From: Chrysomallon squamiferum
Taxonomy: Eukaryota > Animalia > Mollusca
Assembly: GCA_012295275.1 (NCBI GenBank)
Contig: CM022670.1
Span: forward strand, 41,664,001 to 41,728,000
Length of the DNA stretch: 64,000 bases
Direction: 5' to 3'
Notes under the pieces: generated by a model
The model's database searches: none
What the model was told of the DNA's origin: nothing
Seen by the model: the letters and a program-made list of their open reading frames with translations, nothing else
Program-made: the position numbers and the translations under genes
Part shown: positions 1 through 14,760 of the stretch, piece by piece
Numbering within the stretch: position 1 is the stretch's first letter
Layout: the number at the start of each line of letters is the position of its first letter

Positions 1-3000
1 TGTCATGCACGTGCTCTGACTGTTCAGCTTTATCAATGATCTTACTCAGTTTGTCAACTCGCTCTGTCATAATGGCGTCTCTCAGTTCTGACAAATTAAT
101 GGTAATAAGAAGAAGAACAACAATAATCGTATGAATTTTTGACACCTGTGTCTGTCTGTGTATTTATTATTATGTGTTTGTATATGTAGTATGTGTATAT
201 AGTTGAGTATGTATTTATGTATGTATATGTGTGATTACTCTCAGTTACAGGAAAGAGTTTGATATGTATCTAACAAATACGCATTTTCATTCTATTACAA
301 AAAAGAGTTTGATACGTATATGACTAACAAACACGTATTTTTTCTGTCACAAGAAAGAATTTGATACGTACGTAAATAACAAATACGTATTTTCATTCTG
401 TTACAAGAAAGAGTTTGATACGTATATGACTAACAAATACGTGTTTTCATTCTGTTACAAGAAAGAGTTTGATACGTATATGACTAACAAATACGTGTTT
501 TCATTCTGTTACAAGAAAGAGTTTGATACGTATATGACTAACAAATACGTGTTTTCATTCTGTTACAAGAGTTTCATACGTATATGACTAAAAATACATA
601 TTTTTTCTGTCATATGAAAGAGTTTGATACGTATATGACTAACAAATACGTGTTTTCATTCTGTTACAAGAAAGAGTTTGATAGGTATATGACTAACAAA
701 TACGTGTTTTCATTCTGTTACAAGAGTTTCATACGTATATGACTAAAAAATACGTATTTTTTCTGTCACATGAAAGAGTTTGATACGTATATGACTAACA
801 AATACGTGTTTTCATTCTGTCACATGAAAGAGTTTGATACGTATATGACTAACAAATACGTGTTTTCATTCTGTTACAATAGTTCGATACGTATATGATT
901 AACAAATGCGTGTTTTTATTCTGTTACAAGAAAGAATTTGATACGTATATGACTAACAAATACGTGTTTTCATTCTGTTACAAGAGTTTCATACGTATAT
1001 GACTAAAACATACGTATTTTTTCTGTCACATGAAAGAGTTTGATACGTATATGACTAACAAATACGTGTTTTCATTCTGTTACAAGAAAGAGTTTGATAC
1101 GTATATGACTAACAAATACGTGCTTTCATTCTGTTACAAGAAAGAGTTTGATACGTATATGATTAACAAATACGTGTTTTCATTCTGTTAGAGAAGAGAG
1201 GTTGGTAAATATTTGTCCAACAGATACAGATATTATAAATTTAGCGAATTATCCTCACCCTGACACAGTGTCACTACGTTCAGTCTGGCCTTCACCTTTG
1301 ACACGAGATCTCCGTCACCCATCTTAAATTTCTTAGCTTTTTCTATGATTTGCGACATTTGTTGTGAGTCTCTTGTTTTCACAATACTTTTCAGTTCGTT
1401 ATTGATCCTCCTCTCAGTAGCATTCTGTTTTCAGAAATACATATTATTTATATAATATTATGAATATTATATTATAACATAAACATATACATTTTAAATA
1501 ACAATATGTAAAAAAATTGCATAAAAATAGATGTTTCAATTTAACAGCCTATAAAACTGAAATAAAAATATAAGATATTGAATAAAACAGATAAATATTA
1601 AATTAAAACAATATTAGTAAAAAACAAGAAAATTAAATAAAGTAGAGACATTGAAATACGTAAATATTATATAAATAAATAAATATTAAACAAAGAAAAA
1701 CAAATCTAACAAAGGTTAGAGTATTAAAAAAGATTAACTAACGAAGTTAGAGTATTAAAACAAGTCAATTAAATAAAGATTAACTAACGAGGTAAATTAA
1801 AACAAGTCAATTAAATAAAGATAAACAGAGTCTAACGAGTAAATTAAAAAAAGAGAATCTTACGAGGTAGGGCTGTTTCTTTCGTGACTGTCTGTGTTGT
1901 GACGTTATCATGTAGTTCAGCGTGTTCTCTTCAGGATCGCCTGGTTTGTTGGTGTCGATAACAACAGCGTAGTCATCGTCATCAGGCGGACTGACTTCAA
2001 TCTGAACAGAGTGTTTGTTTTGTTTTAATTTCAAACAGACTTTCAGTTCATCTTCTTCTTTTCTGTTGTGCTTCAGTCGTGCACGCACCGCCATCTTGAA
2101 TTTCAAGCCAAACGTAATTGTAACCTTCTCGTCTGGCTTGGCTACAATTGTGCCGTCAGTATGAGAAGGGGAGACAATTCCCTTTTCTTTTGCAGTTGTG
2201 CCTGGTCCCCATCCAATCGTGGGGTTCAAAGGGTAAGGGTCACTGTCTGTCCAAATGTCTTCACAGATCAATTTGAAATCACAAATCCACTTTGTGACTT
2301 GTTTTTCTTTTGTGAAGATACTTAGTCGATAGATTCCTATCACTGGAAATCGTATATGGAATCTGACCCGGTTTTCCGAATTGGGATTAGAAAGAATGAC
2401 AAAGCGCTCTGCTGTGGATGACGGGAAAGTGCGACCATCTTGTTCTTTATAAAACAGCTTGTACGTCAGCTGACCTTTCCATCGAGGGTTTTTAGTGAGA
2501 ATCTCCAGATCACATTCTCCTCGACTCGAAGTAACAGTGTTTAACTGACCTGGCTTGAAATCTAATCTCGCTTTGCTTTTCACAAACTCAGGTCGTTATG
2601 AACGGTTGTTTGATGTACATATTCTCAGTTATCGGAACCTTCAGCAGCTGCCATTTCTTGTGTTCATCTGTTGGGATACAGAAATATCTAAAAGCATCGG
2701 GATTAGTCAGAAAGTAGAACATATTTTTACAGAATTTAGTAGATCCTGCAGCACCTGTCATCTGTTGGTGTGTCTGTTTTCCTTCTTCTTCTATTTTAAT
2801 CCAGCCAGGTTTTGTATGTCCAACGACTGCCTCGAACGCCCACCGAGGTATAACAATCCTCCACGAACCAGAGATGTACGCCACGTTCCAGTAAATTTCA
2901 CCTTCCACGCTGTCATCTCCAACCTCGTAATCTGCTCCTTTAGCTTTTCCTTTCAGTGTAACACATGGTATTCTAGCAGCTCTGAAAATATTAATACTGC

Positions 3001-3318
3001 ATGGGTCAGTTCACACGGCTGTCTCTTTGTCTGTCTGGATATGGGTGTTTCTGTATATTCCGTGTGTATTGTTTATGCTGATATGGGTGTATTTGTAAGT
3101 GTATATGTATATGTATAAATAACTACCATTATTTATTTATGTGTATAAATAAGCATTATTATATTAGTTTTTTCTTTTTATAGGCATGTGTATGTACCTA
3201 TAATTGGGTATTTTTGTATGAGTAATAAATTTGTTAAAATATATGTATTTGTATCTTTGTGTGTTTGTGCGATTGTGTGCAAGCGTTTATGTGTTGTGTG
3301 TCTGTGTGTGTATATGTT

Positions 3319-3358
<40 letters not shown>

Positions 3359-4606
3359 TCGTTGTCATACACGTGGTACCAATATGTTGATGTGCTAGAA
3401 ACAGAAGATTGTACCGCATCAGAGTTTGAAATGAACTGTGATACTTCTCTGGTGTTTTGTTGAAGAACTGCCCCATAGCTGAGTTTTCATCCACTTTGGT
3501 TTTCTTCATCTTTTCGTCGAGATCAGATGAGCCAATCCAAGAGAAAATTGCCCACGCCTTCTCTACGTCATCTTTGAGCCCGTCAGTGAGACGTTCCACC
3601 AACTGCTTCAGAGACGTCTGCGGATCTGGAAGTACCTACAGCAGCAAACAGCAGAACACAATCCACAAATACACGTCTCCAGTACATGAATCTGATTTAC
3701 ACATTAAAACAGTGTTAATCTTCACAAATTATACTTTAACAAGATATAAATATAATAATACTTTTCTCTTTTTTTACTTCTATTTTTTAAAGAATCGCAT
3801 CTCTTTAACAACATGTCAAATTTTATATAAACATACACATTAAAACATACATACATACAAACATATATACATACATACATACATACATACATATACACAT
3901 ACATAAACACACAACATATATACACAAATATATCCATACATACATATATACACAAACATATACATATATATAAACACACACACACATACATACACACATA
4001 CATACAACTACAGACATACATACATACATAAATAAACAAACATAAACACGTACATAAATACACATAAATACACATATACACAAACTCACACATAGATATA
4101 CAAATGCATATACACACAGATACATAAATATACATACAAGCATACATACGTTATTATTATCATTATTATTATTTTATTACGATAATGAATCAAAAGGTAT
4201 AAAATGGAGTTACAAGGTCAGACATTATTGTTGTCATAGTGAATGCCTCGAATTATTGATTTGACTTAAAGAAAATATTACACAGTCATTCATCACACGA
4301 CTACAAAACAACCTTTCGCAGTTTCTTACCTTCTCCACCTTTGCTTCAATTTCTTTATATTTTGTGTCCTTTTCATCAAATATGTCTTCTCTGGGGTCTT
4401 TTGGAGGCTCGGGTTTAGGATAATTTTTTGGAAATGGTGATGAATCATAATTCTGTTACGAAATGTAATTAACAATTAGTATTTGATCATTCTAATTACA
4501 ACAACAATAACAATACCAGCAACAACAGTAGCAGCAACTACTACTTCTGTTACTGCAATTACTGAATCAAATACAGTGACCACTGCTATCACTATTATTA
4601 TCACTA

Positions 4607-4668
<62 letters not shown>

Positions 4669-4835
4669 TGATGATGATGATGATAATAATAATATTGACT
4701 AATCTCTTATTATTATATAATGATTATAATTAAAGCAAGTTATACCGTAAAGTCTGACGAATGATTGGCACATACTTCTTCTCTTCTAGGTTCATTGATG
4801 ATTTTCTGTGGCTTGTTTTCAGCTTTCTTTACCAT
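1..4835 (-). CDS. Kyphoscoliosis peptidase (KY)/hillarin/LTD-1-like transglutaminase-fold protein; 3'-partial; one apparent +1 frameshift near 2596
   Basis: GT/AG exons 4835-4746 (MVKKAENK..), 4452-4330 (NYDSSPFPKNYPKPEPP..), 3635-3415 (LVERLTDGLKDDVEKAWAIFSWIG), 2981-1864 (AARIPCVTLKGKAKGADYEVGD..YWNVAYISGSWRIV..FYFLTNPDAFRYFCIP..WQLL..FPVIGIYRLSIF..YPLNPTIGWGPG), 1424-1259, 87-<1. Intron phases chain correctly except that the large exon is 1 nt too long. Motifs match KY/hillarin-family proteins as I recall them. Confidence 0.8.
250..1190 (+). repeat. Intronic minisatellite, ~54-bp unit (50-bp variants)
   Basis: Tandem AGAAAGAGTTTGATACGTATATGACTAACAAATACGTGTTTTCATTCTGTTACA; period 54 between 421 and 475. 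Confidence 0.95.
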
Positions 4836-5089
4836 GTCTCAGACACACTTGGTGTGACTGTAAATAAAACATATTTTTAAAAAAAATGGATGAAAATAAT
4901 AATTTTTGTAAAAAACGTTTATTACTAAACAAAATGTTCTCTGTGATAACAAAAATGTCTGCGACAAATTATGTTATTTAATTACATTTTAAATAAATAA
5001 ATAAAAATAAAATAATAATCAATAAAAAAATAAAATAAGAAAAGATACTATCCTTCCTCTGAAAAAAAGGTAAAAAAAAAAAAAAAACG

Positions 5090-5122
<33 letters not shown>

Positions 5123-5730
5123 AAGAAAACGTTAACAATCAAGATGTTATTATTTAAGGGTCAGTTATTTTAAATGATGAAATATTTTGAATTGTAAACG
5201 TGCAATGAACTGTAGATTATTAAAAATAACGTAAAACATTAAAACGATTATAATGTAACTAATCCAGGCATAAATACATTAGAGTACAGTAATCACTTTA
5301 GGCCAAGAGCCAGCACTGAAATATATATGTATGTATATCCAATTATAGATATACACTTGGGAAAGGTCGGTGGTAAGTGACGCTGTAGTTGCTCTGTCTG
5401 TGTTCGCGAATGACTGACTCTCGAGTACTATTAAAACTGATTTACATCCTGTTTGTTTGTTCAGTGAATACACAATCATTATAAAGCTGCTTTCATTGTT
5501 TCATCACAGCCTTTTAGAAGAAAATAATAATAATAAAAAAAAAAAGTTAAATTTAAAAAATTAAAAATAAGTAATTTCAAATACAGAAAAGAAAATAATT
5601 ACCCCCCCCAAAAAAAAAACGGAAAAATAAAATGTTTAATACATGCAGAAAGATTTATTAAAATCATCTGCGTCCTTGAATTACCCAGCAACGGGCACAT
5701 GCGCAGTGGAATATGAAATACCTCTACCGT

Positions 5731-6229
<499 letters not shown>

Positions 6230-7119
6230 TGTGAAGTATAACCGTATTTTATATAAAAAGAAGAGCAGTTTATTTTTATGTATTGTTTTGTAAGGTATTA
6301 TTTATTGTATATATTTACATTACAATGTTAAATTATTTCATAATAATTTTAAATGATTAGCAATTTAACTATTACCCCAGCGAACTGCTTTTTGACTTTG
6401 TGTGTAAAGTTGAGGGTAACGAATACTGTAAAATAAAAATTCCTTACCTTTAAGTAGAATGCTTTACCTGTGTGTTTTCTCATTAAGATTAACACTGCTA
6501 AATCATTGGCTACTGAATTTTATTTACCTTCCTTGTTGTCATGTGACAGATCAAATCACTACTCTACCCGACTAGTTGAGGGTAACAAGCAACAATTGGT
6601 CTAAAGTATTTAAAGCTGACAGGTATCTAAAGTTCTGCAACAGTGAACAGAAAATTAGGTTGATTAAACACGATATTACACTGACATTAACAGCATACAA
6701 CAAACACGCAGCCATATACATACACAGAGATATATAGATTATTATACATGCATACATTCATACATATATACTTGCAAACGTAGATACATAGATACATACA
6801 TATATGCATGCATTCAATTCATATATTTATACTGATATGATTAAAAAAGACAATAACAATAACACTCGTTGTTTTGACATACTGCTTTATTTATTTATTT
6901 GTTGGTTACTTGTTCAGAGTGGCTTCCAGTATTAACATGTTTTATTATAAATGCAAACGTCGCAAATCAGCTGCTTTGCAGCAACGTCACCATTCTGAAG
7001 AGCTGCCAACTGAGAGGTCAGAGTCTAAAAAAAAGGTAGAAACTAGATTTCCAAAACATGATGACACTGACAGACACAACTGATACGTTTGTGACACAAG
7101 CGACTAGAACGGCGGCAAA

Positions 7120-7250
7120 TCAGGGTTTGTTTTGTTCGAATGGATCACAGCTGATTTCTCTGAGGTGTTTTAGTGGATAAAAAAGATCTTCAGGTGGTGG
7201 AAAATCTCTCCAGTCTCGCCACGACCAACCTGAAAAATTATAATAATAAC

Positions 7251-7311
<61 letters not shown>

Positions 7312-7445
7312 TAATAATAATAATAATAATATAATAATAATAATGTTTGTAATAATAATAAATATAATAATAATAACTGTAATAATAATAATAATAATTA
7401 TAATAAAGAAACAAACAAACAAACAAATAAATAAACAAATAAATA

Positions 7446-7484
<39 letters not shown>

Positions 7485-9741
7485 ACAGAATAATGTTAAT
7501 AATGTTTGTTTTGTTGGGGTTTTTAGTTTTTGTTTTTTATCAGATATAATTTTTTTTTATGACATTTCTAGTCGTAAAATCAAATTTTTATGACACCAGC
7601 ATCTGTCAGTGCGTTGTCACGTCACTTTCATAAAACTAGTTTTTCGTGGAATTTGGAAAGTTTATATACTATTTATTCAGCAGAGAGAGAGAAAGAGAGA
7701 GCAAAACAAAACAATTATGATACTGGTAACAGGTAATAGCAAGCCAGAAATAACAACACACACACACACACACGTTTGGACCTTGAACCTTGAAAAAACT
7801 AACGTGCTAATCAGAGCTAGCTGTTGTGAAGCACGTCTACGACGGGCACACTTTCTGACAGGTCAGCGGGCGTGTCCGTCGCAGAAACGTATACACACGT
7901 GTCTGTGTGTTAAATACATTATTCGATCTAGTTGGGGGGTTTCTCTAGGGATTTTAATCTTTTATTTTACACACACAAACACACACACGCACACACACAC
8001 ACGAAATAATAATAATAAAAAAACAACAAGAAAAAAACAAAAACAAAAACAAGAACAACATAACGGAAAAAACACACACAAAAAAAACTGTTAACCTTCA
8101 CATTTGTGAGGTTCGAGTGTTTGTGGTTCTTTACGGTACGCAAGGTCTACTTCTCCTTGTACAGATATTTCCTTTTTCCCGTCCCTCTCGTACACATGAA
8201 CACAACGAACATTAATCAGTTTTAATCCAGTTTCTTCCATCGTTTCTCTGATAGCACACTCTTCCCAGGTTTCTCTGTGCAAAAACAAACAAAACAAAAA
8301 CAGAATAAAATAATAATAATAATAATAATAATAATGAATAAATAAATAAATAAAAAAAAAAAAAAAAAAAATACACAAAAAACCCTAAAATAAAATAATA
8401 AACAAATAAACACATAACAAAACACAAACAACACAACATAATACGTATTTAAAAAAAAAAAAAACATCTTTCTGTTCAACGACATGCGAAGAGTTTGAAA
8501 TATAAATATTTATCTGATGTCAAACGGTAACAGAGAGAAACAAAACAAGCTATTAGAACATTTAGCTACATTCTATGAACGATATATGATAGTTTGTTGT
8601 TTACATACACTAACACTGCTGGATATTTTCATTATTTTACTAATTATACAAGGGCAGTAGGTTTAACCATTTAGCTCATTATTATTACTATTACATATTT
8701 GTTACCTATATATTTTACATTTTGTCAAATCATCTATTTATTTATTTATTAAATATTTAACTTTTAAATTATTACTTTTCTTTAATCCTTGCTCAAATGA
8801 TCTTTCTTCAATTTATATTTTATTCATTTATTTAATTTTTTTTAATTTTGTTTTTTCTTTTCGCTGGATCTGTAGTTGTAGCTGTCGTAATCGTCGTCGT
8901 CTTCACATTATCGATGATAATAAGTAGCGTTGTTGTGGTACTAAGTAATAGTTGTAGTGATACTATATAAATAATTGTCGTAGTGGTATTAGTGTTCTAT
9001 GCTATTGCAGCTGCAAAAAGGAAAAGCAAAAAAAAAAAAAAAAAAGCATTATTATTAGTGTATTATTCGCATTTGTTGCTGTAGTCATAGTCTTATTTTT
9101 GAATTCGTAGCAGCAGCAGCAATAACAATGATAAACTTTGAGTAGTAACTAGTATTTCCATTTTTTCAGTTTATTATTATTATTATATAAAATATGAAAT
9201 AATTTACACGCTGTGTGTCTGGCTGTGTCAATATATATTAAACAAAAGCCCATTCATGCGTAATGCACTGATACTACAGTTACAGTGGAGGTCCTAAAAG
9301 CTATCAACGGAGCAGAAAGGTTAAAGTTTTTGTTTTTTTAGTTTTTTTTTACAGTAATTGGGTCAGCTAAATTAATTCCTGAAACATGGAACAGATATTT
9401 TTGAATTACCATGCGTTCGGTATGCGTAAAATAAAAATGTATTAGGTGGAGTAACAATGACAACAACAACAATAAAATAAATAAGGGGAAACTACTCTAT
9501 TTGGTCATCAGTTTATGCTTGCTTGATTAGTAACCTTTTTGGGTTTTTTTCTTTGAAGAAAACAAAAGTTGAAAAAATGTTACCCTGATTCGAGATGGCC
9601 GCCAGGGAGAGCGTATTTTCCAGCTCCAGCTGCACCTTTTCTAACTCCGAGAAGTACACAGTTAGGATGCTCACTGCTTAACACAAAAACACCAACACCA
9701 TCTTTCCGTCGTTCCTCTGTTGGCATGCATGGTCCCGCCAT
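7120..9741 (-). CDS. NUDT15: NUDT15/MTH2-like Nudix hydrolase, 3 exons, ~148 aa
   Basis: Exons 9741-9584, 8274-8096, 7229-7120 join in frame. The Nudix box spans intron 1 (LPGGHLESG|[17 protein letters not shown]); N-terminal [22 protein letters not shown] and C-terminal EPHKCEGWSWRDW..LFYPL..DPF match the NUDT15 pattern. The start codon choice is inferred. Confidence 0.88.
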
Positions 9742-10069
9742 ATTTATGTTAAGTTTGTTTACAATTAATACGGAATTTCTTTTTAACAACGCTGTTGCTT
9801 TTTTCATTGCTATCATTTGAAAAATGGTATTATTAGCTAACAATATTAAATTATCGTTTTGTCTGTGTTAATTTTATTGTTTCTTTCTGTACGCAGAAAC
9901 CTTTACTACGAATTTGTAATTTTGTTTTCCACCATTTTAACAAGCGAATCCATTTGTTTACAGAGAGCATCAAATACAAACAGAAAATTAAAATTTTATT
10001 TTTAAAATTAATTAATTAATTTATTTACGTTTAAAAAATGCAAACTTATTTTATCAAGCCAGAGAGGAA

Positions 10070-10210
10070 ACGTGTTTTCATCAAAGCAGTCCTAAATGAC
10101 AGTCAGTCTGTCTGTCAAAAGATTTAAGGGAGATAACAGATATTTTCATCTCTCAGTAACAGTAATTTTCATAACATCTGTCTCACAAAAACAGAAATCA
10201 TACCTGATTG
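10070..10210 (+). promoter_or_regulatory. Conserved non-coding block between NUDT15 and gene A, recurring upstream of cluster genes
   Basis: CAGTCAGTCTG..AAAAGATTTAAGGGAGA..TTCATCTCTCAGTAACAGTAATTTTCATAACATCTGTCTCACAAAAAC recurs at ~28005-28085(-), 37975-38120(-), 43575-43710(-), 48020-48125(+), 54800-54945(+) and ~60540-60585(+, partial). A regulatory role is inferred from position only. Confidence 0.4.
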
Positions 10211-10315
10211 TTATGACATGTACAAAACAAGTACTTGAAATAAACAAATAAATTAAATATAATGCTACATATTTTAAATATTTAGGATTATTACAGTTCT
10301 AATGTAGGCCTGTAT

Positions 10316-10355
<40 letters not shown>

Positions 10356-10504
10356 TGTGTGTGTGTGTTTGTGTGTACATGTGTGCATGTGTGAGAGTGT
10401 GTGTGTATGAGTGTGTGTGTGTGTGTGTGAGTGTGTGTGTGTGTGTGTGTAGTGTGTGTGTGTATAAGTGTGTGTGTGAGTGTGTGTGTGTGAGTGTGTG
10501 TGAG

Positions 10505-10583
<79 letters not shown>

Positions 10584-11064
10584 GCAGGACCACTGTAATG
10601 ATTGTGACATTGTGATAACGGACTAGTGATGCTGAATGCTGAGCTTGGTGGTGGGCACTTAGCATCAAGCTGCCCCCTGCAAAACTTTGAAAAGTAGATG
10701 CTGAAAAAATAATTTCAATGTCATCTGAATATTATAAATAATATTTGACTCAAAGATTGTCATAAAAATTAAAAAGTGTTCCTATTTTATGTAATTTCAA
10801 ATTGATGTAAAAAGAATGGTGGTTGTTTATCACTGACTATTCAACATAATTATAATCATAGTGGACAGGAATATTATGTAGATGTATAGTGATAAAACTG
10901 ATTTGCAAAATAAATGCAATTTTATAATGGTCTAATATTGTTTAGTATTCAGCTGGTCTAACTGGACAACATATGAAAATTACAACATTCACGCCTTAGC
11001 CATTTATCAGCTTATAACTGATTTTATGCGCCTTTCTACAGACTGGGTGTAATACGCTGTTGAC

Positions 11065-12140
11065 TGTTTGCTAGAAGGTAACACATGCTGTGTTTGCTAG
11101 CAGGTAACACTTGCTGTGTTTGCTAGAAGGTAACGCATGCTGTGTTTGCTAGCAGGTAACACTTGCTGTGTTTGCTAGAAGGTAACATGCTGTGTTTGCT
11201 AGCAGGTAACACTTGCTGTGTTTGCTAGCAGGTAACACTTGCTGTGTTTGCTAGAAGGTAACACTTGCTGTGTTTGCTAGCAGGTAACACATGCTGTGTT
11301 TGCTAGAAGGTAATGCTGTGTTTGCTAGAAGGTAACACTTGCTGTGTTTGCTAGAAGGTAATGCTGTGTTTGCTAGAAGGTAACACTTGCTGTGTTTGCT
11401 AGAAGGTAACACTTGCTGTGTTTGCTAGAAGGTAACACTTGCTGTGTTTGCTAGCAGGTAACACATGCTGTGTTTGCTAGAAGGTAATGCTGTGTTTGCT
11501 AGAAGGTAACACTTGCTGTGTTTGCTAGAAGGTAATGCTGTGTTTGCTAGAAGGTAACACTTGCTGTGTTTGCTAGAAGGTAATGCTGTGTTTGCTAGAA
11601 GGTAACACTTGCTGTGTTTGCTAGAAGGTAACACTTGCTGTGTTTGCTAGAAGGTAACACTTGCTGTGTTTGCTAGAAGGTAATGCTGTGTTTGCTAGCA
11701 GGTAACACTTGCTGTGTTTGCTAGAAGGTAATGCTGTGTTTGCTAGAAGGTAACATGCTGTGTTTGCTAGAAGGTAACACTTGCTGTGTTTGCTAGAAGG
11801 TAACACTTGCTGAGTTTGCTAGCAGGTAACACTTGCTGTGTTTGCTAGCAGGTAACACATGCTGTGTTTGCTAGAAGGTAATGCTGTGTTTGCTAGAAGG
11901 TAATGCTGTGTTTGCTAGCAGGTAACACTTGCTGTGTTTGCTAGAAGGTAATGCTGTGTTTGCTAGAAGGTAACACTTACTGTGTTTGCTAGCAGGTAAC
12001 ACATGCTGTGTTTGCTAGCAGGTAACACATGCTGTGTTTGCTAGCAGGTAACACTTGCTGTGTTTGCTAGCAGGTAACACATGCTGTGTTTGCTAGCAGG
12101 TAACACTTGCTGTGTTTGCTAGCAGGTAACACTTGCTGTG
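11065..12140 (+). repeat. Minisatellite, mixed 26/22-bp units
   Basis: TGTTTGCTAGAAGGTAACACTTGCTG and TGTTTGCTAGAAGGTAATGCTG in tandem. Confidence 0.95.
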
Positions 12141-12883
12141 TAAGGAAATATCCTATGTTGTTTAACTAGGGCAAAGTGAAATCAGAAACAGCTGTCAGTC
12201 AGTAAAAGCAGTTACACATGTGTTCTGTCATTAATGATGTGGCTGATGATGACTACAGCAAACGCAATAATACTGTAAATTATATGAACAGACTCATCAA
12301 AATGCTCACTGACTTACATTGTCTTAAAACATCATCTGATTCATTTGTGTCATCTGCTTAAAAATATGAGATTTTGATGGCATATGAGATATCCCTTCTT
12401 CCATTGAAGATTTGTAGTTTCAAAAGCTCAGCCATTCATAACATAAGGTTGTATAATTACAACATTTTTGTTTATAACAAAGAAATGTTTCCCTAAATAG
12501 TATAATTATGAAATACTCAACAGTAATGTTATATTACAGTCATATTGTAATATTCAGCAGGCAAAATATTTATTGAGAAACATTGTTCAGCAGATACCTG
12601 TTACATTTTCTATTGCATACAAATTGATAATTAGATTTTATATACTGCACTAAACAACTTTTTACACCCAATTTTTTTTTTAAACAGTATATATTTACTG
12701 TCTGTTTGTGAAGTTAGCAATATGAGGATTACATTTTTTATAAATAAAATGATAAAAAAAAAAAAAAAAAAAAAAAGCCATTGGTGTCTGTCAGATCATG
12801 TGTTGTAATATTGTCGGGTATTGATAGAAATGCTGTGTAAATGTATTCACTGATAGTTGAAGAGATACACACCACAGTCAGAC

Positions 12884-14697
12884 ATGTTGTACTTACTGGC
12901 AGCATCTGTTTTTTTTTCTATAAATGTTTACATTTCAGGTATTTACTTTTTCATATCTACTGAATATCTGTTTATTTTGTTTCAGTTTCATTATTTCATT
13001 TTCAGCAATTTTTTAAATACTTAAATGTGTAATAATGTGTTTTTTTTCTTCAAATCATGCAGAATTTGTCCAGTTCAATTTTAATTGCTTTGTCAGTTTT
13101 TTAATTGTAGAAAAAACAACAACATTAATCATTATAATAACAGTACTGCTGCTACACCTTCTATTACAATTACTACTACTACTTCTACTACCACTACTGT
13201 TACTAATACTGCTGTTACTAATACCACTGTTACTGCTGCTAATAATTTTACTTCTACTAGTAATAGTACTGTTACTACTACAATGTTGTATTACTATGAC
13301 TGCTACTACAATTACTAATTTTTATAATGACAAACCAATATACTTATAATTACAAAGTTAAATGACAAATTAATTTATTCATTTGATAGATCAAATAAAA
13401 TGTAATAATAATTACACACATCAGGAGCAGTATGGAACATTAGGTTCCAGTTTTAGTGGATTTACCTTATTTACTGATATGTTCCTTAACTTCACATACG
13501 TATAAATGAGAATATTGCTAACAGATATAATGATTATTCATCTTTAATGCTGGGCTAGCTACTCTGTAGTATCTGTTCAGAAGAGTAGTGATTGAACATG
13601 GAAATTATAACTATGTTTTGAATAATAATTACACTATTGACAAGAAAGTTTTAAAGGTGTTTTTTCATGTGTGAAGAATTAAAAGAGTAGGAGAAAGATA
13701 CCTTATGGGTAGCGCTAGCAGCATGCAGATCTGTTGAAATATGAAATTGGGAACTGCTGCTGTGACATAAGAAAGAATATGTGTGTGTGTTTGTATGTAT
13801 GTATATGTGCATGTGTGTGTGTATTATAGATATAGAAACACAATAAAATAAAATAAAAAATACTAAATAAAAATATTTTCATTAAATATTTTCTTGTCAC
13901 AATTATAAAGTAGTTTTACTTTTGCTTACTTCATTTTAATTTTACATTGGCAGCAATAAAATATCACTGCATGTTAATGCACATTATTTGTATTTTTATA
14001 TTTAATTAAGTTTCATTCAATATGGAATGTTGATAATCCATTAATCAAGTAAAATTATGTTTACAGTTAACACATACTTATCTATGAATACTAGTATATA
14101 TTAAATAACAAGTATTTTGATAGATATACTTACAAATATATGAATTAAATTCAACAACAACAAAATATATATATATAAAATAATGTATAATTATGAAATG
14201 TAATAATCAACATATAAATAGGACTGACCAGATATATTTTAGAATACCTACATGTGCAGTTTTTGAACATTATAATTTATTGCAGTCAACGTATCAAAGC
14301 TGTTTATTCCATGTTTTTATCATTTATTTTCAGAACCACATGGTTTCTTTGATGGTAATTACTTTATAATTTCTATTTAACATTTAAAAATAATATTTTA
14401 AAATTAACAACAGGACCTATGACAACAAGAACAACAATAATAAAAAGGAAATGAAACAGTAACATCAACTATATTTCTTTACTTCTCTTGTTACTCCTTC
14501 ATTTATTATTGTTGTTGTTGTTGTTGTTGTTGTTGTGGTCATCATCATTTAATTGAAGAGTCTTTTTTTCTTGTTTATTATTTATTATACTTTTAATCTC
14601 TAATAATTTTTATCTTTATAATCAGCTTATGTCAAAATGTCTAATAATACACTTTCTAATTTCAGTCAAAACATTTTTACTCAGATTATATTATATG

Positions 14698-14760
<63 letters not shown>

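Noticed and set aside
2588-2590. TGA as selenocysteine or read-through in the KY-like gene
   Set aside because: Homology continues in a different frame, so this is a frameshift rather than read-through
11065-12140. CRISPR-like appearance of this and the other arrays (250, 17885, 45400, 48645, 62240)
   Set aside because: Head-to-tail units without unique spacers, no cas genes, eukaryotic context
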